This document shows, piece after piece, positions 34,320-48,696 of a stretch of 64,000 bases of DNA; position 1 is the first letter of the stretch, and each line of letters begins with the position of its first letter. The position numbers and the translations under genes are program-made. Under the pieces are notes generated by a model. The model saw nothing but the letters and a program-made list of their open reading frames with translations, had not been told where the DNA came from and searched no databases. This stretch comes from Eledone cirrhosa (taxonomy: Eukaryota), in assembly GCA_964016885.1 (NCBI GenBank), contig OZ024740.1:309256001-309320000 (forward strand), given 5' to 3'.

Positions 34320-36948
34320 ATCATCATCATCATCATCATCACCGTTTTACGTCCGTTCTTCCATGCTAGCATGGGTTAGACGGGTTGTCCTGTTGTGGGC
34401 AGTGTCTGGTCGGCTGACCATGCCTTGCTCATACAGGAACTGATTTTGGCTTGGTTTCTACAGCTGGATGCCCTTCCTAACACCAACCTCATTTACAGTG
34501 AGTGCTGGGTGCTTTTTTCCGTGGCGCCTACAAGTCCACTTTACAGTGTGGGCTGGGTGCTTTTTTGCTGTGGCACCTCCACGACCACTTTGCAGTGGGA
34601 GGGTGTGGGGGCATATTGTCTATATGCTTCAGCTTGTACCCATGGGAGGTCGGGTACTCTGTATTACTGCGTGACGCCAGAGGTCACGGTTGTGTGTCAT
34701 CGCCTTTGAGAGGTGTAATTGGCTAAGGTCGGCTTTTATCACCTCATCCCAGGTCTTCTTGGGTCTCCCCACTCCGCGGTTTCCATTGACTTCTAATGCT
34801 CTGCATTTTTTTATGCAGCTGTCATCCTTCACACGCATCACATGTCCATATCAAAGCAACCACCTCTCCTGCACACAGCATTTGATTCCTCTTATGTTCA
34901 GTCTCTCTCTCAATTCATTTATGCTTTGCCATTTGCGTATATTACTATTACACATCCATCGGAGCATGCAGGCTTCGTTTCTTTCTAATCTACATAAGTC
35001 TTCCACCTTCAGCACCCAGGTCTCACTACCATGTAACATTGCTGTTCGTATACATGCATCATACAGTCTGCCTTTCATTTTGAGGGAGAAGCCTTTTGCA
35101 GCTAGCAGTGGCAGTAGTTCCCTGAACTTCTTCCATCCCGTTCTTACCCTAGTTATTGTACTTTCTGAACACCCACCTCCGCTGCTACTTTGGTCACCTA
35201 GGTAGCAGAAGCTGTCTACTGTTTCTACAGAGCCCTTCCAGAGATTGGTGGTACTTGTTCCCTGTGGCTGTTTGCTGCTTGCTGTCCCAGCACAGCTGCT
35301 ACATGTGAAGCCTACATTCTTAATTAAGCTTCCTGAGATCCCGCTACATCTCTTGTGTACCCATTGTTTGCATTTGGGGCAGAGAATGGAGTTCCTACCT
35401 ACACCTTTCCTACATACTGAGCAAGGCCATTTCCCTGAGGGGATCTGGGTTCTGTTTTCTCGTCTACTTACAAGGACCTTAGTCTTTGTCATGTTGACTT
35501 TGAGACCCTTTCTTTCTAGTCCCTGCTTCCAAGTTTGGAATTTCTTCTCTAGTTCTACCATAGATTCAGATATAAGTGCGAGGTCATCTGCACACAGGAG
35601 TTCCCATGGGCATCCGGTCTTAAATTCCTCCGTTATTGCCTGCAGGACTATGATGAACAGGAGAGGGCTAAGAACAGAGCCCTGGTGGACACCAACCTGT
35701 ACGCTAAATTCCTCGCTATACTCATTGCTAATCCTAACTTTGCTGACTGCTCCCCTATACATGGCTTGTACAGCTTTCACAAGCCATTCATCTACTCCTA
35801 GTATTCTAAGAGCCCACCAGATTATAGCACGTGGAACTCTGTCAAAGCTTTCTCGAGATTGACGAATGCTAGGTAGAGTGGCTTACTTTTAGCTAGGTAC
35901 TTTTCCTGTAACTACCTCAAAAGGAAGAAGGCATCAGTGGTGCCTTTTCCTGGTACAAAACCAAATTGCATCTCATCTAGTTTCACCTGGTCCCTAATCA
36001 ACTGTGCTATAATTCTTTCTGTTACTTTCATGACCTGGTCCATCAGCTTTATACCTCTATAGTTTTCTCTATCTAGTGCATCACCTTTACCTTTGTAGCA
36101 GTTGACAATGATGCTACTGCACCAATCTTTTGGTATGACACCTAGTATTACCTGGTTAACAATACGTGTGGTTATAGTGTGACCTACAGACCCAGATGCC
36201 TTCAACATCTCGGCAGCTATACCCGATGGACTGGTTGCCTTCCCCATCTTCATATATTTGATTGCCTTACTTACTACGCTGCTGCAGACTTGTACTGCTG
36301 GCTCCTCTATAGGGTCTACTTGGGGTAGGGTCTCTTCTTCCCATGCATTCTCCTCATTTAGTAATCTATCATAATGGCTCTTCCATGCATCTTTCTTCTC
36401 AGCACTTGTGAGGGCAAGCTCACCTTTATCATTCTGGATACACTTCTCTCCAAGGACATCACAATTCTCTCTGACACACTGCCTCGCAATCTTGAACACC
36501 TCCTGTTTCTGGTCCTCACGTTGCAAAACATGCTTGAATTTTCTATCCTCTGCTTCCCTCCTAGCTAAGTATACTTGTCGCCTAGCTTCCCTCTTGGTCT
36601 CTATGTAATGTACCCTGCTCCCCCCATTCTTCCATTCTTTCCATGCCTGTCTCTTGGCTTTAACTGCCTCATTTACCTTATTGTTCCACGACCAAATCAC
36701 TCTCCTCCTGCTTGTGGTCTTACTCCAGCCACAGATCTCATCTGTCGCCTCTAGTAAGTTTTTTTTAGGAATTCCCAGTGCTCTTCTACATTGAATGTCT
36801 CTATCTGTTCTTCTTTACTGTCGTAGTCATTGAGTAAAATATTTTAAAATCTGTTACTGGCTGAGGGGTCTTTCAGCTTCCAGTTCTTTTTTCTCCAGGT
36901 TGGCCTCTGTTTCCAGGTTTGTCTAGTTCTGACCGTGAGGTCGCTGAC
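34320..36948 (-). mobile_element. 5'-truncated, frameshifted RTE LINE (RT with PHD-type insertion, 3' UTR, (GAT)n tail)
   Basis: YKGKGDALDRENYRGIKL, QFGFVPGKGTTDA, GVHQGSVLSPLLF, LLCADDL (YADD degenerate), FCYLG and GRPKKTW, split across three ORF pieces. Confidence 0.93.
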
Positions 36949-37042
36949 ATATTTTTAAATAAATACAAAAGAGGGATCTTGAAGACCATGATCTTTCGGT
37001 ATAAGATAATTAGAATTTTCACAAACAAATGCATGTACGCTC

Positions 37043-37078
<36 letters not shown>

Positions 37079-37900
37079 CACACAACACACACACACTCTT
37101 TCACATTCGCCCACACTCACACTTTCACACACACACACATAATCTTGTGTATAAAGTGAGCTAGCTACAAAAAGTACACAATGTACATGCACTAAGCATA
37201 TTATTCACTTACCTAGGGAGTATATTTGCCAAGGATGAGGAGCTGGACAAAGAAATAGAGAATTGATTCCAGAAGATAAATTCAGTTATCAACTAGCATA
37301 TCTTCTGAAGTACCCAAGTTTAGCTATTGGTGACCAAAGCCAAACAGATCAACTGAATCTTCACTCCCATCCTCACCTATCAGTGCTAGATCGCGTATCA
37401 TTCCATATTTAAGTATGTGTAATATCATATATATTAGTAGGATGGTATATCGCAAAATACATATGGTTTGTGTATGGGCTACGGTGTACACATGCACATG
37501 TAGTGTACTTCTACCCATGTTTTCAGTAAAGAATTCAAATTAAAAAAATGTCTTAAATGTGATTTAGCTGAGAACAATTCCCATATAAACCTCTCAGGTA
37601 TGATGTACATCTATTGTCTATTTTTCCACATTTGCATGCTGTTAGAAACAAGTTATGAAACAAGTCTGGCCAGTTGGTACTAAAATTTTGCTGAGTTAAC
37701 TGCTAATTTATCTGAGAGAATACATTCCTCACCCTGATATACATGTGTGTGTAGATTTACTTGTGAATGCATTCACATGTACATCCTCTACAGTTTTTTC
37801 ATCCACTTTTTCCATGCTTGCATGGGTTGAGATGAAACATATTTAGTTTAAATCATATAAAGATGTGTTCTTCATTTAAATTTAACCTTCTAAGTGTAAA

Positions 37901-38152
37901 TTAACCCTTTTGAAACCAAATCTGCTTGAAACCACACCCAGTATTGTGATAAAAAACTATTTATTTTAAAGTGTTTATATTTATCTAAAAACCTTTCATC
38001 ATAATTCTTTGTAAGAATCTTTAAATTACATCTCAAACACCAACTTAATAGTTAAAAAGTTAGTTTTATTGCTAAACCATCCAATTTTTTTAAAATTATT
38101 TGAACACTACAGGCAATGCTTTTCATTAGAAGTATGGTAATGAAAAGGTTAA
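37901..38152 (-). mobile_element. piggyBac-like MITE, family A
   Basis: TTAA-CCCTTTTGA...ATGAAAAGG-TTAA. Confidence 0.72.
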
Positions 38153-38344
38153 TCATACATTTCTCTTTTCTTTACATTGCCAAAACAAACTCATAGACTT
38201 CTTAAAATATATAATTTTGAAATAAATGGAATCATTTAATAAATGCAAGTGTGATACTTTGCTCCTGTAGTCCTCTATTTTTACTACCATCATTGCATGA
38301 TGTCACTGATGATGGCAATGACAGTATAACAAAGACAAAGGAAA

Positions 38345-38610
38345 TTAACCCTTTCATTACCGTATTTCTAATGAAATACATTGCTTATATGTTTCAATTA
38401 ATTTTGAAAATAATCCAAAATTTCAAGGAATTTAATAAAATAATTAAGCTTTTCATTGCTAAACTGATATTTTGAATGTTAGTTAACAAATATTTCTAAA
38501 ATAAAATTATGATGGAAGGTTGTAATGTAAGGACAAAAAAAGTTTTAAATGCGCAGTTTTGTATCATAAATTTAGAGTGGTTTCTGGCAGTTAGATATCA
38601 AAAGGGTTAA
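38345..38610 (+). mobile_element. piggyBac-like MITE, family A
   Basis: TTAA-CCCTTTCATTACC...ATCAAAAGGG-TTAA. Confidence 0.75.
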
Positions 38611-39736
38611 ATATCAGCTTGAGAGAAAGCATATGTAAGAAATTAAAGGTGATTGTAGAGAGATAAAACCATGAATCAATTATATTATTTTTCCTTGTTT
38701 ATTTCCTATTTTTTAAAAGAGATTTCGCTGTTTTTATTCCACAAATTTGTATGTATGTTATTCTACAATATTCAGAAAAGATTTTTGAGACATTTATGGA
38801 ATGCTGTTTGTTGTTGCTGTTGACAACAACTACATAGTATCTCACTTTATATAGATGATTTATCAGTTAAATCCTGTGCAACAATATAAATATAAAATTA
38901 CTAACAAATTTAATATACATCCCACGTATACAGCACACACAATCTTTACACTGCTCTCCACCATATCTCTTTGTCTTGAACAAATATTTTTATCTCCTTT
39001 ATCATCTAAGTCTTATATTGTTTGCTCTACACAAAGATGATGATAATTTTCTTATAGTTACTCTCATTTCCTTTTCAAAATATTTATCTACTTTAACATT
39101 TTTGCTATTTTTCTTTTCAAAATAAGATTTATGTATTTTCATCGTTTTGTGTTAATGGTGGATGATGATGTGGCTGCCCAGACATGCATACAATTCTTTT
39201 GTGTTTGTAGCTGTTGAATTCGTCCAACCTTACACATAAAATGTTTCTCGAGTCCAGTTTCTATGCTATATTTGTTTGCTATCTTCCATAAACATATTCA
39301 TAGTTAAAAGGAAGTTCATTCTCTTTGTTTGAGAGTCTGTTTACTTAACTAATGAAACTAAGCTGACATTTTCAGTAACACATACATAATCATCCATTTT
39401 GTTTTTAATGTTGGCATGTATTGGATTGTTCTGTCATAAAGCTGCTTTCTAAGACAAGCTGGATTGACCATAGACCTACCATTTTTTTTGTGCTAGAAAG
39501 ACAACAGGACTGATCTCTTTAAAAATATATTTATACTTTATCTATTGAGGTTCATATATATATTGATAACATTTTAAATAATACCATTATACTTTTTGTA
39601 CATCATGAAAATGTTTCCATTTCCTTTAATGTAAAGACATCAGTATTCTTCATCTGCAAAAAGTTAAATGAAATTTATCAATATAGGGGGAATTTGCTTG
39701 CATTTCAAATAGGGTACTTTTTTATTAGGTAGCAGT

Positions 39737-39738
<2 letters not shown>

Positions 39739-39803
<65 letters not shown>

Positions 39804-39812
39804 CTCTCTCTC

Positions 39813-39882
<70 letters not shown>
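39739..39882. repeat. (CT)n microsatellite
   Basis: Read directly; similar tracts at about 19200-19285 and 53698-53855. Confidence 0.95.
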
Positions 39883-39884
<2 letters not shown>

Positions 39885-41039
39885 TCTTCATCTCCCCCTC
39901 TCAGAGAAAGATAGTCTGCTTTATAATTTAAATAAACGGTAATCTTTTTAATCTATGATAAGCCAACAATGTTAGACCTTAAAATCTGACAATTTCCTGT
40001 ACCCTGTTAATCACTGTTACTGATATTAGGGGATATCTTACTCTTTGGCTGATAACCAAAATAAATTTACTTTTTCTTTGGAATGTGGGCCATGGATCAA
40101 GGAACCTTTTTAGGTGTTACCTCAAAATCTATTCAAGTAAAATGAAATTACCACTAGACTTCAAAGTGAACAAAAATGTCAATTATTCTTAAATCTTTTT
40201 CTTTTGTTTACTAAAATGTATCTCCAAAACATATCACCACATAGTGATTGGCATTAGAAAGGGTATTCAGCCATAGAAACCATGCTAGAGTGGAACTTAT
40301 GAGCAAGAGGTGGTCATTTGACTTTGAAATCTCAGAACATGACAATCCTCCTAACCCATGTTGGCATGGAAAATAGAAATAAAATGATGATGATGAGGAG
40401 GACAACAATGCCAATGACAATTTATTGGATCAACTCGTATATGATATATGAAATGTCAAACATGCTGATATAAGAATAGTACAAAGACAAAATTAATAAA
40501 AATGACTGGAGAACTGAAGAATTTCATTCCAAAACATCCTCACTTCAGATTTGTGAAATATAAGGTTCATTTTTTTTTATACATATCGTCATCAAAATCA
40601 GAAATGTTATATGTTAAATATGTTTTCATGGATTTGTTGTGTAGTGTGCTAGAGAGAAGACTGCTGGTATTGACATGTGATACATATGGATGATGATCAT
40701 TAGATGAAGAAGTGTCAGGAATTCCCAGTAGAAGAAAACTGCAGTAGATGAAGATTAAGGAAGACCTGGGCAGAAGTGATAAGAGTGGATTTGAAAATGC
40801 TGAACTTGACAGAGGAGATGACAAAGGAATTCTGTTCAGAATTATTATGGATTAATTTTCAATTTCACAAGAATTAGTTTGGAGAAATATATAAAAATAT
40901 AAGCATCCTTACATAAAAATAGCTGATAAGCAAAATTAATAGAATAATTAAAGAATGGAAAGAATTTCATTCAAAACCACTTAAAGCTTTGGAAAAATAT
41001 TGGTGATTCACTTTTTTTTTTTACTAAACATCATCAAAA

Positions 41040-41600
41040 TTAGGGCTTGTTGATGCCTGAGATACTTAGATGTTGCTTTCAAAGACTACTTTCACGTTCA
41101 CAAATGTAAAAAAAATCCTTTTTCATTAAGTAAGTAGTTTGCTATGAAAAGCAACAGCGTTTTTTTTGCTTCCACGCATGCTATCTTGAAAGCCTTTACA
41201 GCCTTTGACATCCAAAAGGATAAGAGATTTGCCTTGTTCAGAAAATTTGTGAGTGTTCCACTAATGAAGCGAAGTTCAAAAAGTACTTCTGTCAACCCTT
41301 CAGGTTTTTCAGGCACATCAATCATTCTATAGCAAAAAAGATTCACAGACAAACTGACTATGTGTATGAAACTCTGGAAAGTAATCTGAGAACTGCTGTT
41401 TGAGTTTGATAAGATATCTTGTAACTGAGTCTTTGATGTCACTAACATTAACTTTACAATCTTCTAAAAACTCAGGTGGTTTTAGAAAACTGGTTATCTA
41501 GTTTTGATCCACTTTTTTGTTCCAGTACAGAAGCTTCACTCTAAATGCTGAAATATTTTCTTTCTAAAATGACTTAATGCTTTCTCATTACAATTCTTTG
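41040..41600 (-). mobile_element. hAT (Charlie/ZBED5-like) transposase C-terminal remnant
   Basis: LLSFWMS....AKKTLLLFIANYLLNEKGFF resembles the hAT dimerization motif FW...A.K.LLPF.STYLCE.GFS. Confidence 0.55.
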
Positions 41601-42019
41601 CTCAATGACCACCTCTCATGTGCACTTGGTAGACTGTGAAACCGTACATAAGCGAGATGCAGATCCCTGGCCTGTCTGGTAGATCAGCAGCCCACTTCAG
41701 TAATGACTTGGTCTAATAAGACCCATCCAAACCTTGCTAGCAGGGAAAGCAGATGTTAAAACAACGATGATATGAATATTTTATTTTGAAGCCTATATAG
41801 AGCACAGATCTATTTTGATATCATTCACTTGGCAAAATAATATGTAAGGAAATACAGGGAATAACTTGCCACTAAAAAAAATGTCAAATAACTGGAAACA
41901 GAAACATACCAAATTATCTTGCTAAAATTAAATGCATAAATTGAAAGTGAATGGAAAGGGTGGATGCAAATCATTAAGTATCAACAGTTTCTGAGAATTT
42001 GGGGACAAAATCTAACTTG

Positions 42020-42372
42020 TCTTCTTCTTCTTCTTCTTCTTTTTCTTTGCCCACTTACTCCTGGGGTGGGGGTGGGGGGTCATGGTGGCAAAGTCCTCAA
42101 GCACACCTCCCATTGGGTCCTGTCAGGAGCAACCATCTCCAATAGATCTTGCTGGATCCTCAAGCAAGACCAGCCAAACTCATACCTGTTATCCAACCAT
42201 TTTGATTGGGGTCTACCCTTGGGTCTCCTGCTGGTTGGTTTTGCCCATAAAATCGGTCCAGCAATTTTTTCCTGAGGCATTCTAACTACATGTCTGTCAT
42301 ATCAGAGGTGTGATCTCTCAATTTGGGGAAGTGGTGGTTCTATCTGGAGTGACTCTCTGATCTCCAAGCTAT
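42020..42372 (-). mobile_element. RTE-type LINE 3' fragment, (AAG)n-tail family
   Basis: AKPTSRRPKGRPQSKWLD; (CTT)n at the left end. Confidence 0.75.
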
Positions 42373-45179
42373 CCCAACCCTAACTCTTATAGAATTCTTT
42401 TTAAATACATAATAACCATAATAACCAGCTCCTAATTCTCATTGCAAAGCATTATTGAAAATTATCTTTCATACATGAAATAAAAAACATCTATGATAGT
42501 TTTCTTGACAATGATCAGTGAAATTCTTTAGATAGCCCAGTCTGTTTGTGACATAGATAAACTAAGGCATAAAGAAATAGACACTGTCCAAACAATGCAT
42601 AATTTCTGCATTATCACTCCAGCACTACTATATAATAATGGCTGAAGATAGAAGCCTGTCACACTAATCTCAGTCAGAATCACAACCAGACTTGTGCTAT
42701 TTTCCCCTTAACATATTCCACAATAACGTCTTTTGTTCAGTCATCTCTCATGCTGCCCTTATGTATTGGCTTCTTAACTATACAACCATAATTGTATGCT
42801 CCTCTTCAACATGATTGTTTTATTTTTGTGGGATTTGTTCTCAGTTTGTACTAATCCAGCCAATGTGTTCTACTCTGCACCTGTCACCTCTTAAATATCA
42901 AATATTTCTTTCCTGTTAACACTATTGGCATGGCTTCAAACAATGGGATCAACTGAATCCTGCCACACCATTTGACAATAAGCATTTCTTACTTTATCTA
43001 TTAATGTTTTGTATTGTATGAAATGCACTCAGCTCTCTCTGTAAAGTGGTATTGCTGCTGCCATGATGAAATGCATTCAGCCCACACTTTAAAGTGATAG
43101 TGTCAGTGTCATGATAAATTGCACCAATTACACAATTTAAAGTGGTTTGAATTAGGAAACAATGTCAAACAGGAAGATATGAGCAGAGCATGGTCACCTG
43201 ACCTGCCTAGTCTAAAAATTTGACAACCTGTCCAATCCATGCCTGCATGGAAATCAGACATAATGTTGATGACATATATAGTGTACCCTAGTTTATAGTT
43301 TAGGTACACTATATTCCTGTGTGTTGTAAGAAATGGCTAAAAGGGTTGGGACCAAGAAGAGCAGTCTACCATAAGGCACTGACTCAAAAAATCGTACCCA
43401 GCATGGAAAAGTAAGCAGGAAAATAATGATGATTACCCTGTGTTTAGAAGTTGTTTAGTGTTAAACTGGATGTGTAAACATTAGATTCGTTTATGAAGCA
43501 TTGGGGAAGTTCGAAATTTGAAACTGATCATTTCAGAATGCTAAACATCTCAAAGGAAATGACAACAGGATGCAACAAGTGGCAAAACAATTCATCCAAC
43601 CCATGCCAGTATCGAAAAGCAAATGTAAAAATGATGATAATGATATATGTATAAATCCTAGTAAATTTTACTTACATTATTATAAAAGTTTTTTGTGTCA
43701 GCCCTTGTGACCAATAAATGAAAGCATTATTATAAAAGTTTGACAGTATATCATTGTGTAATAAATTATTAATTCTAGCAACTGTTTTGAAACAAATAAT
43801 CTTGATTTCTTGTTAGCAACTCTACAAAATTCTGTCTGTTTTGGTTCTGATTAATGCTATAAATGCTCCTGGCTATATTTTCCCCTCACATGTATTTCCT
43901 ATGCAGCAAACTTACTGTTTTCACATTCATTTCTTATTTATTTGCAAGAAAAGCAATTAAAATATTGTTAAAGTAGTTTGTATTCTATCAATCATCATCA
44001 TCATCATCATCATTTCATTTTATGTCTGCTTTTCCCTGCTTGCAAGGGTGGGACGGGAACTGATTCTGGCTTGATTTCTACAGCTGGATGCCCTTCCTAA
44101 CACCAACCTCATTTACAGTGAGTGCTGGGTGCTTTTTTTGCCGTGGCTCCTCCACGACCACTTTGCAGTGGAATCATAGGGACCCCAGTCCCTATCATCT
44201 CATTTCTACAGCTGAGTGAACTGGAGCAATGTGAAATAAAGTGTCTTGCTCAAGGAAACAACACATCACCCGGTCTGAGAATTGAACTCACAACCTTTCA
44301 ATTGCAAAGCCAATGCTCTAACCACTAAGCCATGTGCCTCCAATATTTTAGTTATTTTGTTCTAGAGACATCAAATATTTTCTTTGTATTTTGATGTTAT
44401 TATTTTATTTTAGCCTTTCATGACTGCATTTCTAATGAAATACACTTTATTTTAATTAATTAATGAAGAATTTTGAGGAATTTACTAAAATCATTAATTA
44501 TTTCAGTACTAAGATAGTAACTTAATGTAAGGTTTTATATAAGATTATGTAGGAAGATTTTGATTTAAATCGAAACCTTTAAAATGAGTGATTTTGTTTC
44601 ATAGAACTGGAGCTGGCTTGGGCTGAGTTGGTAACTAAAGGGTTGATCCTCTATTATAATACACTGAGAAATAGAGATCAACTATACTAAAGTGGTTATA
44701 TTTAAAGTAAAATCTTAATCAAAATTTTGTAACTTGAATGATATGCAGGGAATTGGCAGAAGTATTTGGGTATCAGGCACAATTCCTTGTGGCATTTATT
44801 CCTGTTCCTTGTCTTATGAGTTCAAATCACGCTAAGGGTAACTTTACTTTCTATTCCTCCAAATCATTAGAGCATCAAATGAAACTCTTTGTGGTATTTC
44901 TTCCATTTCTTTGTGTTATGAATTCAAATTATGCTATTGACTATTTGGATGATAGACTTAATATGCTGCTCAACTTAACACCACCATCTGGTCATTGGGT
45001 GCTTTTAGCAATGTCTACTTTATTGCAAGCATTCAAGTCAAGTCTTCTGTTTGAGGGGGACTACCACTAGCTATGCAAACTCAAAAAGGGGTCATGTATG
45101 CTGCTCTTTCTGCCTAGCTAATATACCAATATATAACAAACGGAAGTCTCTATGTAGTGGCTCACCTTACCAGAACTAA

Positions 45180-45898
45180 CAGGGTCAGCCTCTTGTGCCT
45201 CCACACACTTAGCCCAACGTTCCATCTACTATTTGAAACACATCTAGAATGTTTCTTCTTGCATGGCTCCCATCTCCACCACCACAGTGTGAATGATGTC
45301 TTCTTGGCTCTCAAAATGGGAGCCTTTCAGTAGCATCTTCATTTTGGGGATCAATCAGAAGAGTAGGGAGCAAGGCAGATGAACATCATGCTTTTATTTG
45401 TCAAGAAATCTTGAATTAGCAGTGATGAATCAGCCATGGCATTACAATGATATCGGACGATTAACTAATAATACTTTTTTGTAACTATTTGTCTTTCTAG
45501 TACATATTTGTGATACACAACACGTCAGTTGTCAAAGAAAACAGTTAGCATCATGTCGATTTTGCTCTGCTCCTGACGTACTTTTTTGGAGTTTGGTGAC
45601 ATTTGATGCTTTCTATGTTATGTCTGATCTTTGGTTTCTAGGTTATACCAGAACACGTGTCTCATTTCCATTTATCACAGTATTCAGGAACACAAGATCA
45701 AAGTTATATCAGGCAATGAGTGAGTAGTACAGTACTTCATACACTGGCTGCCGGACAATGATGCATCCATCAAGCTTGCCAAAAGACACACATGCACATA
45801 AATGTATGTGGCTCCACTCTGTACACTTTTATCTCCCTAACATAATTATTTCCCACAGGGAAAAAATAAAGTCTGACCATTTTCCAACAGATCTTATA
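45180..45898 (-). mobile_element. Decayed mariner remnant
   Basis: The minus strand gives YNLETKDQ...SPNSKKVRQEQSKIDMMLTVFFD and LIPKMKMLLKGSHFESQEDI. Confidence 0.65.
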
Positions 45899-46247
45899 TT
45901 TTATAAGCTGTGAATAGTAAAATCCCTAGCCACTGTGAAATTCTTGATCTTTGGTTGTGGAGTAATGTTATCTAGATTTCAAGTTGTTTATTGGATGTTC
46001 TTTAAGTAGGATATTCATTCTTGTCAACATGTGATAGTATCCATTAATCAAAATTATATACTGGTATACAAGAATTATAACCTCTATATCTCTTTCCTTG
46101 CCTGTTTCTATCTCATGTAATCTCTCCATAAGAATGTATGCAAGTAAAACTATATATGTCTGTGTGTGCTTTCATGTTCCTGTGTATTTAAGATAAGCCT
46201 TCATGTGGTGTGTATATTTATTTTAAATAAACATGTTGATTTTTACT

Positions 46248-46333
46248 AATGAGCAGACATTTTGATATAATTCAATATATTCTGGTTATCAATGAGCAGA
46301 CATTTTGATATAATTCAATATATTCTGGTTATC
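46248..46333. repeat. Exact 43-bp tandem duplication followed by poly-A
   Basis: AATGAGCAGACATTTTGATATAATTCAATATATTCTGGTTATC occurs twice. Confidence 0.92.
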
Positions 46334-47509
46334 AAAAAAAAAAACAATACTGCAGTATTTTTATATTTTCTTTACAATCATTGACTGGTCATATTTACAG
46401 AATCTTTTTCTCTCTCCCCTCTTCACTCTATTTCCTTCTGTAAAAGGTTTATCTCTCTCACAGATCAGGTCAAATTACATTACTCCAGATCTTCCTTAAC
46501 CTCTCAACTACTAACTCACAATATCAATATATCTTAAATTCTCTATCAAGCCTTGTTTTTGTTTTTATGAATCTGACCATACCAGTTATTCCAAACATCA
46601 GTATAAAGTTAAATATTCATTTAGTAGTACTATATCAGTATATACAACTTCTGAATCTGAATATTTTTGTGATTTCTCATGATATTTCAGAGATGAAAGC
46701 AGCTGTTACTATGCCTTCTCTTAGGACCAGAAACTACTTCAGAATTAAACAGCTGCTGACCCTATACAATCCATATACTCTGCACTAGAGTATAGCTCAC
46801 ATATCTATGACAGAGCAGCTGCTAAACATGTAAACATTTTAACCACATATCTGACTAACTAGTAAATGTTTACTCACTAATACACTAATGCTCTATATCT
46901 TCCTTCAGATCCTATTACAGTTCCTGTTCCTCTAAACTCTCAAGTTGTGTATGAAGTAATTCACCATGAAGGTGTATTGCTTAGTAGTTAAGATGTCAGA
47001 TTCACAGTTATAATGTTGTGGGCTCAATTTCTGGATTGGGTCGGCATGTTGTGTTGTTGAGCAAGACACGTCATTATATGTTACTTTTCATGATTGAATG
47101 GGAGTCTCTATCATTAAAACATTCAAAGAAACCTCCTATGATATACAAGCTCATAGGAGAATGGCTAAACCTGCATAGATGGGTACTGTAACAGCACAAA
47201 CAGCATATATGCATACATATATATGATAAAATAGAGGCCTCTATAATTAAAACACTAAAAAAAAACCTATGAGATACAGCTTTATATGATACCAGCTAAA
47301 CCTGCATGGTGAGAAATGTGAATTTAATTTTTTAATTTTATTTTATTATATTTGTATTTATTTGTTTTTTGCATTTCAAATAATTCCCACAACTCTACTC
47401 CTCCTAACTCCTCTTGTTGCACCACTTCAGTGTTTCATTCAGAGACCCCACACCAAGCACTTTCTCCAAATATTTCTCATCAAAACTGTAACAGCCTGGA
47501 ACTCCTCCA

Positions 47510-47918
47510 CTTTTTCTTTGTCCATTTATTCCTGAGAGGGCCATGGGGGAAGAGTTCTCAAACACTCCTTCCAGTGGGTCCTGTCAGAAGCAACCAACTC
47601 CAACTGATCTGGTTGGATCCCCAAGCGAGACCAGCCAAGTTCATGGATGTTATCCAATCATTTTGCTTGGGGTCTACCCCTGGGTCTCCTGCCAGTTAAT
47701 TTTGCCCATAAGATCTGTCCAACGATTCTTTCCTCAGACATTCTAATCACATGCCCACAGTATCGGAGCTGTGATCTCTCAATTCCAAGAAGTAGCAGTT
47801 CTGCCTAGAGTGACTCTCTGATCTCCAAGCTATGCACTCTATCAAGTAATGTTACCCCAAAGACCCTTCGGAGGAACCCTATTTCAGCCGCTTGTATTCG
47901 TAATTGTAATCTTTCGCT
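47510..47918 (-). mobile_element. RTE-type LINE 3' fragment
   Basis: Reverse complement of the 11140-11520 block (RLQLRIQAAEI..., GRP..K*LD). Confidence 0.75.
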
Positions 47919-48696
47919 TCAGCATAAATTCAATCTGAACATCAACCTCCATTTCACCAGAGAACATATCTTCATCAGACTAAATTGAATAAAAAGGAGA
48001 AAAATGTCCTCTATTTCAAGAAAATATTTTTAAAAAAAACCTATCAAGGTGGCATGCCAGTTTGGCCACAGTCTAATACCTGAAACCATAAAAAAAAAAT
48101 TAAAGAAAAAAGAAACTAGATAATTTCATTATATAAGTCATAGAATGTCATCTTGGGCATTTAAAACTTAGTAGAGCTTAACTCTCTCCAGGTCAGAGAA
48201 ATAGAGAGAGTGAAAGTAAAATAGAAGTGAGAAAGACAGAATAGAAGAAGAATGAACCTCAGTATTGAACTGGTTGGTACTTTATCAACCTTGAAAGGAT
48301 GATAGTCACAGTTGACTTTGGTGGGATTTGAAAAAAGAGCACAGAGTTCCTAAACAAATTACTGTGAACCATTCTATCTGGTGATGTAAAAACTCTACCA
48401 ATTATATAAGATTTACAATAAATGAGGACTCTGTTGATTTTGACAATGAGTACTTAGTTCTTTGGTCAACTGAACCAGCTACTCATTGAATTTACTGTGT
48501 AAGTGGCTAAGTATTCCATAGATACATGAATTTTTAACATGTCTCAGGGAGAGCCAGCCTGACACAGTGTGTGACAAGGCTAACCCTTTAAATTGTATGT
48601 ACAGTCCATGTAATGTGCTACCACACAGTTTCTGTCTATGGAACTTCTCAACCATTTCGCTTTGCTGCATCTATGAAGACCAACAATAGACATGTA

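Noticed and set aside
34629-36700. Active RTE LINE
   Set aside because: The endonuclease is truncated, there are frameshifts and a stop, and YADD reads CADD.
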